Source: Verrucomicrobiia bacterium (GTDB lineage Bacteria > Verrucomicrobiota > Verrucomicrobiia > JADLBR01). From it: a DNA stretch of 64,000 bases. The position numbers were made by a program, and so were the translations under genes. Below the pieces are notes generated by a model. It had not been told where the DNA came from and did not search any database. It was given only the letters and a program-made list of their open reading frames with translations. Positions 8,678 through 17,404 of this stretch are shown in pieces. The stretch is taken from positions 6,153 to 70,152 of the forward strand of contig DAOOOX010000023.1 in NCBI GenBank assembly GCA_035387945.1. The letters run 5' to 3'. Positions within the stretch are counted from its first letter, which is position 1, and each line of letters begins with the position of its first letter.

Positions 8678-8913
8678 TCAACGGAAAACCGCGCTCCGGC
8701 GAATGGCCCTCTTGGAGTGTCGTGGCCATTGGGTCGCGAAACACACTTTGCGTCTGCGAAAAAGCAACGGATCTTTCATATCGGTTCCCGGAAATCGTTT
8801 TCATGGCGCGGTTTTCCCAGAGCCCGGAATTTCACGGCCTGACGGCTGTGAAATATCCGGGCTAGGGTCACCTCCTGGCCGCCATGTTGGAATGTCACCG
8901 GCGGCGACATAGC

Positions 8914-10137
8914 TCACGCCACCGGCACATTCGGAGACGGGGATAACATCTTGTCGGCTCGCTGCTCCTTGCGGAATCGGCTCATCGTGAGCCCGGTCAC
9001 GCGCTTGAAAAGACGCTTGGCATGCGCCTCGCTCTGATAGCCACACGCGTCGCAGAGCATCGTGATGGGGCGATCCGTGCCAGACAGGAAGCGCTTCATC
9101 TTCTCCACCCTCGCCAGTTGGATCTCCTCCGTGATGGAGTGATCCAAGTGCTTCCTGAAGAGGAGTTCCGCCATGCGCCTCGACACGCGCATGTGGTGGG
9201 CGATGTCGGGGACGCCGATCGAGCGCGCGGCGTTCAACCGGATGAAGTCCAGGCCCCGGCCCACCCGACCATCCGACACTCGCGAGCCCAGCTGGCTCGA
9301 CTCCCGTTCCACAACCTGCCTCGCGCCATAGAGGAGGTACTGCGGGGAGCGCCGCCTGCGAAACATCAGATCCTCCAGCAGCTGCGCCGCGCGGTACCCG
9401 CACATCTCGAAATCCGGCTCCACGCTGGAGAGCGGCGGCGTCGTGTTGTCGCAGAGAAGCTCGTCGTTATCGCACCCCAGAACCGCGAGATCGCAGGGTA
9501 CGCCGATCTTTGCCAGCTGACAGAGTTGCAGGATCTGGCGGGCCTGACGATCGTTTGAGACAAACACTGCCGTCCATTTCTCTAGAGACCGCAGCCAGCA
9601 GATGAGCGCGTCCTGTTCCCGGTGCCAATTCCCGGATCTGTGGCCGCCCCGCCCCCGGGGGGTGTAGATCGAACAGGCGAACCCGTGTTCGCGCAACCGC
9701 TCCTCAAAAAGCCCCCCGCGCTTCACCGACCATTCGCTCATCCTGTCATCGACGATGTAGGCGAAGTTGCTGAATCCCTTCTTGACCAGATAGTCGGCAG
9801 CCGCGTCAGTGACCGCCCTGGCGTCACAGGTGATGTAGGAAGCTCTTTTGAGTCCCGTGTAGCGCGGCAGTTGCGCATCGATGACGACGGTGGGGATGCG
9901 CAGATCAATGAGGCCCCCCGGCTCGTCCGGCATTCGCTTCACGATCATGCCGTGGGCTCGCCACCTGCGGATATCCGCGATGTTCGGGGCGTCATCCACG
10001 CGGTCGATGAGCTGCACGTCCCATGGCGTGTGCAACCGGACGTAGTGCAGGATCCCCGCCAATTTGTCGCGGTTGGACTTGGCGACCGTCGAGATCTGAA
10101 CCAACACGCGGGGGGCGGCCTTGAGCAGCTTCCTCAC
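8914..10137 (-). CDS. XylR-type transcriptional regulator (LacI-type periplasmic-binding-fold sensor domain plus C-terminal AraC-family HTH).
   Basis: From GTG 10137 the product MRKLLKAAPRVLVQISTVAKSNRDKLAGILHYVR... is collinear with E. coli XylR (RITLLFNANKAYDRQVVEGVGEYL...). The C-terminus carries the AraC HTH (...YQSEAHAKRLFKRVTGLTMSRFRKEQ). A longer alternative start is at ATG 10245. It is transcribed divergently from the glycoside hydrolase operon. Confidence 0.8.
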   Translation of the reverse strand: MRKLLKAAPRVLVQISTVAKSNRDKLAGILHYVRLHTPWDVQLIDRVDDAPNIADIRRWRAHGMIVKRMPDEPGGLIDLRIPTVVIDAQLPRYTGLKRASYITCDARAVTDAAADYLVKKGFSNFAYIVDDRMSEWSVKRGGLFEERLREHGFACSIYTPRGRGGHRSGNWHREQDALICWLRSLEKWTAVFVSNDRQARQILQLCQLAKIGVPCDLAVLGCDNDELLCDNTTPPLSSVEPDFEMCGYRAAQLLEDLMFRRRRSPQYLLYGARQVVERESSQLGSRVSDGRVGRGLDFIRLNAARSIGVPDIAHHMRVSRRMAELLFRKHLDHSITEEIQLARVEKMKRFLSGTDRPITMLCDACGYQSEAHAKRLFKRVTGLTMSRFRKEQRADKMLSPSPNVPVA

Positions 10138-10144
10138 TGATCCA

Positions 10145-10209
10145 GAGCATGCCGATGCCACGCCCGGCGGCCAAGCGCATTGCGCAAAAGAGCATGCCGA
10201 TTTTGCGCA
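10145..10209. promoter_or_regulatory. Candidate operator region in the divergent xylR-like / glycoside-hydrolase intergenic region.
   Basis: The 12-bp direct repeat GAGCATGCCGAT occurs at 10145..10156 and 10190..10201. The 9-bp inverted repeat TGCGCAAAA / TTTTGCGCA sits at 10181..10189 and 10201..10209. Confidence 0.35.
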
Positions 10210-10281
10210 CCCGTGTATTTCGCCGAAACCAGGGGGAGTGCACATTGGGTACAGCTTCAGCGAAAGGAGAAACGATAGATC

Positions 10282-11799
10282 ATGAAGACCATCGCCTCGT
10301 CCGTCACATGGGCATTGCTGATCGCACCGCTCCTCTCGATGGGGGCGAAGGACACCGCGGAACCCATGATCGACTACACCCACGATCGTGTCCAGACGAC
10401 CCTGAAGCCCGGCATGAAGCGGGTAGGAACACTCAAGCCGCGATGCGCCAGGGAAGTCGGACGGTCCAACCTGGCGATCGGCTGCGAGATGCTGGATCGT
10501 GACTATGGGAACTTCGAGAATTTCAAGGCCTATATCGGGCCGCTGGGGATAAAGCGCGTCCGGCTCCAGGCCGGCTGGGCGAAAACGGAAAAGGTCAATG
10601 GCACTTATGACTTTGCCTGGCTGGACAGGCAGGTGGACTATCTGATCGCCCAGGGGATGGATGTCCTGATGGAGACATCGTATGGGAACCCGCTGTATCC
10701 CGGCGGCGGCGGGGCCTCGCTGAGCGACGGGCTTCCGAGCGGGGACGTGGCCCTGGCCGCGTGGGATTCTTGGATCGCGGCGCTCGCCGGCCACTACAAG
10801 GGCCGGGTGCGAGACTGGTCAACATGGAACGAGCCGAACAACTGCAAAACGAACACGCCGGAGGTGGTCGCCGACAACAACATCCGGACCGCCGAGATCA
10901 TCAAGAGGCACATCCCGGAAGCGCGGATCGCCGGGCTGGTGCTCTCCAGCCCGAGCGTGAAGTTTGCCGAGCCCTACATGAAGATCCTCAAAGACAGGGA
11001 CAAGACCGGGCTCTTCGAATGGATAATCTATCACGACTACTCGCTCAACCCGGACAGCGTGTATCCGAAAGTCGAAGAATTTCAGAAGGTGATCCACCGG
11101 TACGCGCCCGGCATAAGAATCTGGCAGGGCGAATCGGGGGCGACATCCAGCCCACATTATTCGGCCCCGATCTCGTCGGCGGATTGGAACAGCGAGCTGA
11201 CGCAGTGCAAATGGGACGCGCGTCGGATGATCGGCGACGTCGGCCACGGCATCGAGTCGCTCCTGTTCACCTTCTACGATCCCGCGTACGACCACCCCGA
11301 GCGCTATACCAAGTTCGTCGATCCCCTGTGGATTCGCACCCGCGAGGACCGCTTCATGAAACGCATGGGGCTGATCAAGTGCAACGAGGACGGCAGGGTG
11401 CTGAAGGTCAAACCGGCGTACAACACCGTCCAGAACATCGCCTCGGTCTTCGACGCCTCCATGGAGCCGGTCGTCGGATTCTCGTGCGACATCCAATGCG
11501 CGAGACAGGTCGCGGCCTATCTGTTCAAGAAAAAGGGGGGCGGCGCGAGTCTCCTCGCCTTCTGGGATTGCTCCTCGCATCCCGACAATGGAAACGAGAC
11601 AACACCGGCGCAGTTCCTTCTGCCCGGGATCACCTTTGAAGACCCCGTCTGGGTCGATGTCGTCACCGGAGCGATCTATGAGCTGCCCAAAGATCGAATC
11701 ACCATCGAACAAAGCAAGACCCTGTTGAAGGACATACCGCTGTACGATGCGCCCGTGTTTATCACTGATAGAAAAGTCGTGATGCCCGCGCCGAAATGA
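10282..11799 (+). CDS. Secreted clan GH-A glycoside hydrolase (TIM barrel, GH39/GH5/GH30-like).
   Basis: Good RBS AAAGGAGAAACGATAGATC before the ATG. Signal peptide MKTIASSVTWALLIAPLLSMGA. STWNEPNN (the acid/base NEP motif of clan GH-A), IWQGESG and KRVRLQAGWAKTE are typical of retaining beta-glycosidase TIM barrels. The family was not resolved by eye. Confidence 0.7.
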   Translation: MKTIASSVTWALLIAPLLSMGAKDTAEPMIDYTHDRVQTTLKPGMKRVGTLKPRCAREVGRSNLAIGCEMLDRDYGNFENFKAYIGPLGIKRVRLQAGWAKTEKVNGTYDFAWLDRQVDYLIAQGMDVLMETSYGNPLYPGGGGASLSDGLPSGDVALAAWDSWIAALAGHYKGRVRDWSTWNEPNNCKTNTPEVVADNNIRTAEIIKRHIPEARIAGLVLSSPSVKFAEPYMKILKDRDKTGLFEWIIYHDYSLNPDSVYPKVEEFQKVIHRYAPGIRIWQGESGATSSPHYSAPISSADWNSELTQCKWDARRMIGDVGHGIESLLFTFYDPAYDHPERYTKFVDPLWIRTREDRFMKRMGLIKCNEDGRVLKVKPAYNTVQNIASVFDASMEPVVGFSCDIQCARQVAAYLFKKKGGGASLLAFWDCSSHPDNGNETTPAQFLLPGITFEDPVWVDVVTGAIYELPKDRITIEQSKTLLKDIPLYDAPVFITDRKVVMPAPK

Positions 11800-11851
11800 G
11801 GGGGCGATCGCGATTCCCGATGTGACTCAACGAGGAGACAGACGGACGAAA

Positions 11852-12607
11852 ATGGATTCACCCTTCGAGAATAGAGTGGCCCTGGTCACCGGGGCGGGAC
11901 AGGGAATCGGGCGAGCGATCGCCAGGGCGCTGGCCGCGCGCGGCGCAAAAGTCGCCGTGAACGATGTGGAGCGCGGCCGTGCCGATCGCGTCGTGGCCGA
12001 GATCGCCACCGCGGGCGGTGTGGCGGTTGCCACCGTGGCCGACGTTTCGAGCCGGAGCGAAGTCGAAGCCATGATGGCCGAGATCCTGCGACGGCTTGGG
12101 CGCCTGGACATCCTGGTCAACGGCGCCCGCGTCGAACCACCCCGCCCCGAGGGGCTCTCGTGCGACGAGTGGTGGGATCGCCTGATGGCCGTGGACCTCA
12201 AGGGGGCCTATCTCTGTTCCACGGCCGCGTGGGAACCGATGCGACGACAGGGGTATGGTCGGGTCATCAACATATCCTCGGTCGTGGCCCTGCTGGGCAA
12301 GGTCGAGGACGACTGGATCGCCTACAGCTGCGCCAAGGCGGGCTTGCTGGGCCTCACACGCTCACTGGCGCGGCGCGGCATGCGCCTGGGTATCACGGCC
12401 AATGCCGTCGCGCCGGACTACATCGAAACCGAAGTCATGGAGTCCCGCTGGGGACGCGAAAAGATGGACGCGATGGCCGCCAGCGTACCGATCGGGCGAG
12501 CGGGCCGACCGGAGGAGGTGGCCGATGCCGTGCTGTTTCTTGCACAGGCCGAATTCATCACTGGCGAAACCATAAACGTCAACGGGGGCCGCTTTGTCCT
12601 TCCGTAG
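11852..12607 (+). CDS. Short-chain dehydrogenase/reductase (SDR), a candidate sugar 1-dehydrogenase.
   Basis: VALVTGAGQGIGRAIA glycine-rich NAD(P) loop. Catalytic YSCAK (YxxxK). ~250 aa. An upstream ATG at 11822 is also possible. Confidence 0.85.
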   Translation: MDSPFENRVALVTGAGQGIGRAIARALAARGAKVAVNDVERGRADRVVAEIATAGGVAVATVADVSSRSEVEAMMAEILRRLGRLDILVNGARVEPPRPEGLSCDEWWDRLMAVDLKGAYLCSTAAWEPMRRQGYGRVINISSVVALLGKVEDDWIAYSCAKAGLLGLTRSLARRGMRLGITANAVAPDYIETEVMESRWGREKMDAMAASVPIGRAGRPEEVADAVLFLAQAEFITGETINVNGGRFVLP

Positions 12608-12656
12608 AAGATGGCAGAATCAGAAACCAGAGCCGATCTCCGGCGGCAGATTAGAG

Positions 12657-14597
12657 ATGAGACCCGTCATGCCAATGCGACCGATCCCTGGAATGAAAAC
12701 CTTCTGCATCGTTGGTCTGGCATGGGTCACAAACGCGCTGGCCGGACAGGTTGTGCCCTCCGAAGAAGGACCGCCGCGCTGGTTTGGTTTCAACACCTAC
12801 GCCCCGAATGCAGAAACCCTTCGCCGTTTCGCCCAGGCCGGGGTGAACACGATTGTGTGCTTCCCGTCCAATGTGCTGGGCATGACAGGCGTGCCTTACA
12901 ACAACGCCTATCCGCCCATCTGGCTCGGACCGGGCAAGTACGACTTCGAGTGCCTGGACCGGCAAGTGGCCGACAAACTGGCCGTGAATCCCAAGGCGAA
13001 GTTCATTTTCTTCCTCGACCTGAACACGCCCACTTGGTGGTGCCGACTCGAGAAGAGTCCCGACAGCTTCAACGAACTGGGCCGGGTGGCGGCCAGCGAG
13101 GTGTGGCGGCGCGACACGCGTGAGTATCTGCAGGCCGTATTGCGGCATCTCGAATCCAAGCATCGGGATGTCATCATCGCCTATTTCCTCGCCTGCGGCT
13201 CGACCATCGAGTGGCTGGATCGTAGCTCGGGCGAGGAAAGTCGGACTCGCCGCGAGGCTTGGCGGCGGTGGATGATCCAGCGCGGCGAGCCCGATCCCAT
13301 TGATATTCCGCCAGCCTCGGTGCGCGACCACGTTTCGCACGGGCCGTTTCGCGATCCGGTCGGCGACGCCCTGGGCGTCAGTTACTGGAAATTCTCGCAC
13401 GCCCTCATCGCCGACACGATCCTATATTTCGCGGCCAGCACGCAGGAAGTGATCAGGCATCGCGTGCCGCTGGGCCTGTGCTACGGCTACATCATGGAGC
13501 TGACCGGCAGCCAGCTTTACAATGGGCATCTGGACTTTGACCGCGTGTATGCCTCATCTGACTTGGATTGGTTCATTTCGCCCGGCTCGTATCACGACCG
13601 GCAGATCGGCGGGGCCAGTGGTTTCATGGTTCCGATCAGCTCGATCCAGCATCACGGCAAAGGCTTCTTGATGAGCATGGACCATCGAACACCGTCGGCC
13701 CGGAGCGTGTCGCTCTTGGGCCGCGCCGTCCCCGGCCACGAGAGCGGTTTTGCCGATGAAGCGGCCTGCATCGCCGGCCTGCGTCGCGAGTTCTCACTCC
13801 GTCTGATCAGCGGGATTTCGACCTATTGGTTTGATCTGTTTGGGCACTGGTTCGAGGGGCAAGCGATCTTCGATTCGATTGCCCAGATGCGCGAACTGTG
13901 GGAACGCCTGGCCCGACCCCGCGAAGAATCAACGGCTCAAGTGGCCGTTCTGGTGGACGCCGAGAGCATGTACTATCTCGACGCCAAGGCCAAATTCTAC
14001 GGCGATCTTCTTTCCAGGCAGCGATACGGGTTGTACCGCATGGGCACGCCCTACGATCTCTATTCGTTCGCCGACCTGCCCACATTGGATTTGTCGCGTT
14101 ACCGGCTGGTCGTGTTGCCGAATCTGTTTGTGGTTGACGCCAAGCGACGATCGCTATTGCGGGAAAAAGTCTGCACCGGCGGAAAGACCGTGCTCTGGGG
14201 CTACTCACCCGGGATCATCGCCGACGGCAGGTACGATCCCAGTCAGGTCGAGAGACTGACCGGCATTCCCTGGGAGGCCAAGGAACTCACCACGCGTCAA
14301 ATGGACGGCTGGCGCTCCGTGTATTCACCCAAGCCGAACGTGCCGGCGAGCACCCTGCGGCGGCTCGCCCGCGAGGCGGGCGCCCACATCTACTGGGAGA
14401 ACGAGGAACCCTTGTATGCCAACCGCCGGCTGATTGCCCTGCACACGATCGAGGGTGGTTGCCGGACGGTCGTGTTGCCAAAAAAATGCCGGCGCGTCAC
14501 CGAACTGTTCAGCGGACGCGTGGTGGCCGAGAACGCCAGCCGTTTCGAGGACATGCTTACGGCCCCGTGCACAACGCTGTACGAGGTGACAGAATAA
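12657..14597 (+). CDS. Secreted putative glycoside hydrolase (TIM-barrel, beta-galactosidase-like), function unassigned.
   Basis: The signal peptide MKTFCIVGLAWVTNALAGQV starts at 12693; an alternative ATG lies at 12657. The product is 640-aa and protein-like, with motifs reminiscent of GH42/GH35-type barrels (FGFNTYAP...AGVNTIVCFP...FLDLNTPTWW). The family is uncertain. Confidence 0.6.
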   Translation: MRPVMPMRPIPGMKTFCIVGLAWVTNALAGQVVPSEEGPPRWFGFNTYAPNAETLRRFAQAGVNTIVCFPSNVLGMTGVPYNNAYPPIWLGPGKYDFECLDRQVADKLAVNPKAKFIFFLDLNTPTWWCRLEKSPDSFNELGRVAASEVWRRDTREYLQAVLRHLESKHRDVIIAYFLACGSTIEWLDRSSGEESRTRREAWRRWMIQRGEPDPIDIPPASVRDHVSHGPFRDPVGDALGVSYWKFSHALIADTILYFAASTQEVIRHRVPLGLCYGYIMELTGSQLYNGHLDFDRVYASSDLDWFISPGSYHDRQIGGASGFMVPISSIQHHGKGFLMSMDHRTPSARSVSLLGRAVPGHESGFADEAACIAGLRREFSLRLISGISTYWFDLFGHWFEGQAIFDSIAQMRELWERLARPREESTAQVAVLVDAESMYYLDAKAKFYGDLLSRQRYGLYRMGTPYDLYSFADLPTLDLSRYRLVVLPNLFVVDAKRRSLLREKVCTGGKTVLWGYSPGIIADGRYDPSQVERLTGIPWEAKELTTRQMDGWRSVYSPKPNVPASTLRRLAREAGAHIYWENEEPLYANRRLIALHTIEGGCRTVVLPKKCRRVTELFSGRVVAENASRFEDMLTAPCTTLYEVTE

Positions 14598-14685
14598 CAA
14601 TGAAAGCCCCTCGCACCGTTGGCCCCATCATTGGTCTGCCGTGGATCACAATCACGCCGAGCGGGCGGGAAGCGAGAAAGACATC

Positions 14686-15849
14686 ATGAGAATCACAGCG
14701 ATCAAGAAATGGCTCGTGGACGCGTATCGCACGAATCTGGCCTTCGTGAAAGTCGAGACCGATGAGGGCCTCCATGGCTACGGCGAAGCGTCCATCGGGC
14801 TCCACGAGAATGCCGTCATGGGCATGGTCGATGATCTCACGCCCTCGCTCCTGGGCCGCAGCCCACTGGACATCGAAGCGCTGTGCCACGATCTCTACCG
14901 AGACTCCTACTGGCGCATTGGGCCGGTCCTGACCAGTGCCCTGGCCGGCGTGGAGATGGCCTGCTGGGACATCAAGGGCAAGATGTTGGGGCAGCCGGTC
15001 TGGCAACTGCTGGGCGGACAGTGCCGCGACCGGGTGCGCTGCTACGCCAATGCGTGGTTCGTGCCCGCAAAGACGCCGGAGGAATTCGCCGACAAGGCCC
15101 GGGAGGCCGTCGCCCGCGGATGGAAAGCGCTCAAATGGGATCCCTTCGGCAGCCTCTATCGCGACATCACGCGCAACGAGTTGCTGGGATCGATCCGCTG
15201 CGTGGCTGCCGTTCGGGAGGCGGTGGGCGACTCGGTGGACCTGATGATCGAGGGCCACGGGCGGTTCAACGTGGAGAGCGCGCTGCGCATCGCGGAGGCC
15301 CTGAGACCTTTCGGGATCCTGTGGTTCGAGGAACCTCTCTTCCCCGAACTGCTGGAGGAACTGGCCGGCCTGCGGCGCCGCATTCCGGTGCCGATCGCGG
15401 CCGGGGAACGCATCTACCACCGCTATCAGGCCCGCGACTACCTGGCCCGCGGATGCGGCGACTTTATTCAACCCGACATCAGCCGCGTCGGCATCCGGGA
15501 GCTCCGGCTGATCGCCGGCTGGGCCGACGCGGCTGGCGTGGGCTTCTGTCCGCACAACCCGATGGGTCCCATCACCAATATCGCCACGCTCCACATCGCC
15601 GCGTGCACCCCCAACTTCTTCCTCCTGGAAACGATGGCCAACGACGTGCCATGGCGCAAGGAGATCAGCGACGAGGAGATTCGCGTGGAGGACGGCCAGA
15701 TGCTGATCCCCACGCGCCCGGGGCTGGGCATCGAATTGAATGAGACCGAACTGGAAAAACACCCGCCGAAACCGCACCGCCTGCGGCACTACCGGGGCGA
15801 TCTGACCGCGATCCGTCCGCCCGATGCCCGGGAGTGGTTCATCCGATAA
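14686..15849 (+). CDS. Enolase-superfamily (mandelate racemase/muconate lactonizing enzyme family) sugar-acid dehydratase. Candidates are L-rhamnonate, L-fuconate or D-mannonate dehydratase.
   Basis: MRITAIKKWLV...VKVETDEGLHGYGEAS capping domain. Barrel region with KWDPFG, EEPL, AAGERIYHRY and HNPMGPI metal-ligand and acid/base blocks typical of the family. The ORF track starts earlier, at 14641. Confidence 0.85.
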   Translation: MRITAIKKWLVDAYRTNLAFVKVETDEGLHGYGEASIGLHENAVMGMVDDLTPSLLGRSPLDIEALCHDLYRDSYWRIGPVLTSALAGVEMACWDIKGKMLGQPVWQLLGGQCRDRVRCYANAWFVPAKTPEEFADKAREAVARGWKALKWDPFGSLYRDITRNELLGSIRCVAAVREAVGDSVDLMIEGHGRFNVESALRIAEALRPFGILWFEEPLFPELLEELAGLRRRIPVPIAAGERIYHRYQARDYLARGCGDFIQPDISRVGIRELRLIAGWADAAGVGFCPHNPMGPITNIATLHIAACTPNFFLLETMANDVPWRKEISDEEIRVEDGQMLIPTRPGLGIELNETELEKHPPKPHRLRHYRGDLTAIRPPDAREWFIR

Positions 15850-15898
15850 CCCCAACATGGACGCGGTCTCGTCGCATCGGTAGGGAGGTCCGGCACAC

Positions 15899-17404
15899 AT
15901 GGCCCGTTTCGGTTGGCTGGACTACGGTGTTTTCGTGGCCTATCTGCTGGTCTCGCTGGGGATTGGCGTGGCATTCACGCGGGGGCAGCGGACGATCAAG
16001 GAATATTTCCTCGCCGGCCGTTCCATGGGATCGGTCGTGGTCGCGATCACCGTGATCGCCAGTCTCTTTTCCGGCATCAGTTATCTTGGCACGCCCAGCG
16101 AGGTCTATGTGCATGGCGTCGGATACTGGCTGATCGTCCTGGGGACATTCATCACCACGCCGGTGATGACGACCATCTTCATGCCCTTCTTCTACCGCGC
16201 GAAGTACTACAGCGCGTATCAGTACATGGAGGAGAGGTTTTCGGTCGGCCTGCGAACGCTGTCTTCCGTGCTGTTCATCAGCCGCGTGACCCTGTGGCTC
16301 TCGGTTGCCACCTACGCCCCGGCACTGGCGCTGGAGCATGTCACCGGCATGCCGCTCTGGCTTTCGATCCTGGTCACCGGCGGTTTGACCACGCTTTACA
16401 CCACGCTGGGTGGGATGAGGGCCGTGGTCTGGTGTGATGTCATGCAGTTCGTCGTTCTCTGCGGCGGCCAGCTGGTGATACTGGCGGTGGCCCTGGCCGA
16501 TATCCCTGGCGGCATGGGCGGCGTGGTGGATCTGGCCCGCGAGGCGGGTCGGCTCGACTTGAGCTTCAGCCTCGATCCGGCCATTCGGGTGACGGTGTGG
16601 TCGATCCTGATCGGTGGCACCTGCCACAACCTGGTGCTGTTGGGGACCGATCAGGTTTCGATCCAGCGCTACATGACCGCCACCAGCTTGAAGACGGCGC
16701 GCCGCTCGATGTGGATCAAGCTGGTGATTTCCCTGCCGGCCCTGTCGCTGTTTTACCTTACCGGCCTGGTCCTGTTCGCCTTCTATCACCATGGCGGCAC
16801 CGATCCCCTGGCGGCCGGCCAGATCGACAAAGCCGACCAGATCCTGCCCTTTTTCGTGGTCAACGAGTTGCCCCGGGGACTTCCCGGCATCCTGATCGCC
16901 GGGGTTTTCGCCGCGACGATGTCCACCATCTCGTCCGGGATCAACTCGCTGACCACGGTCACCCTTGTCGACGTCTATCAGCGGCTCTGGAAACCCGATG
17001 CGGGCCCCGAACACCAACTCCGCCTGGCGCACCGGCTCACCCTGGCCTATGGACTGTTGATCGTGGCGCTGGCTTTTGCCGCCGGGCGATTCGGTTCGTT
17101 GATCGAGGCCCCCGTGAAACTCTTCGGCCTCATCGGCGGCCCGCTCCTGGGACTGTTCCTCCTGGGAATGCTCTCCCGCCGGGCGAACGCCCCCGGGGCG
17201 GTTCTCGGCTGGCTGGCCGGTGCGCTGGCGACCTGCTCCGCCGCCATGTTCACGAACACATCGTTCCTGTGGTATCCGATTCTGGGAAGCGTGACAGCGT
17301 TCGTGATCGGCTGGGCCACCAGCCTCTTCTGGCCGCCCAAGGGTGACACCTCGCTGATCGGGCTCACATGGCACACGCGGTACGAATGCGATGAGCAAAA
17401 CTAA
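15899..17404 (+). CDS. Sodium:solute symporter family (SSF) transporter, a probable sugar uptake permease.
   Basis: 13-14 predicted TM helices. Contains the SSF-typical GG(M/L)RAVVWxD block (LGGMRAVVWCDVMQFVVL). 501 aa. Confidence 0.85.
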   Translation: MARFGWLDYGVFVAYLLVSLGIGVAFTRGQRTIKEYFLAGRSMGSVVVAITVIASLFSGISYLGTPSEVYVHGVGYWLIVLGTFITTPVMTTIFMPFFYRAKYYSAYQYMEERFSVGLRTLSSVLFISRVTLWLSVATYAPALALEHVTGMPLWLSILVTGGLTTLYTTLGGMRAVVWCDVMQFVVLCGGQLVILAVALADIPGGMGGVVDLAREAGRLDLSFSLDPAIRVTVWSILIGGTCHNLVLLGTDQVSIQRYMTATSLKTARRSMWIKLVISLPALSLFYLTGLVLFAFYHHGGTDPLAAGQIDKADQILPFFVVNELPRGLPGILIAGVFAATMSTISSGINSLTTVTLVDVYQRLWKPDAGPEHQLRLAHRLTLAYGLLIVALAFAAGRFGSLIEAPVKLFGLIGGPLLGLFLLGMLSRRANAPGAVLGWLAGALATCSAAMFTNTSFLWYPILGSVTAFVIGWATSLFWPPKGDTSLIGLTWHTRYECDEQN

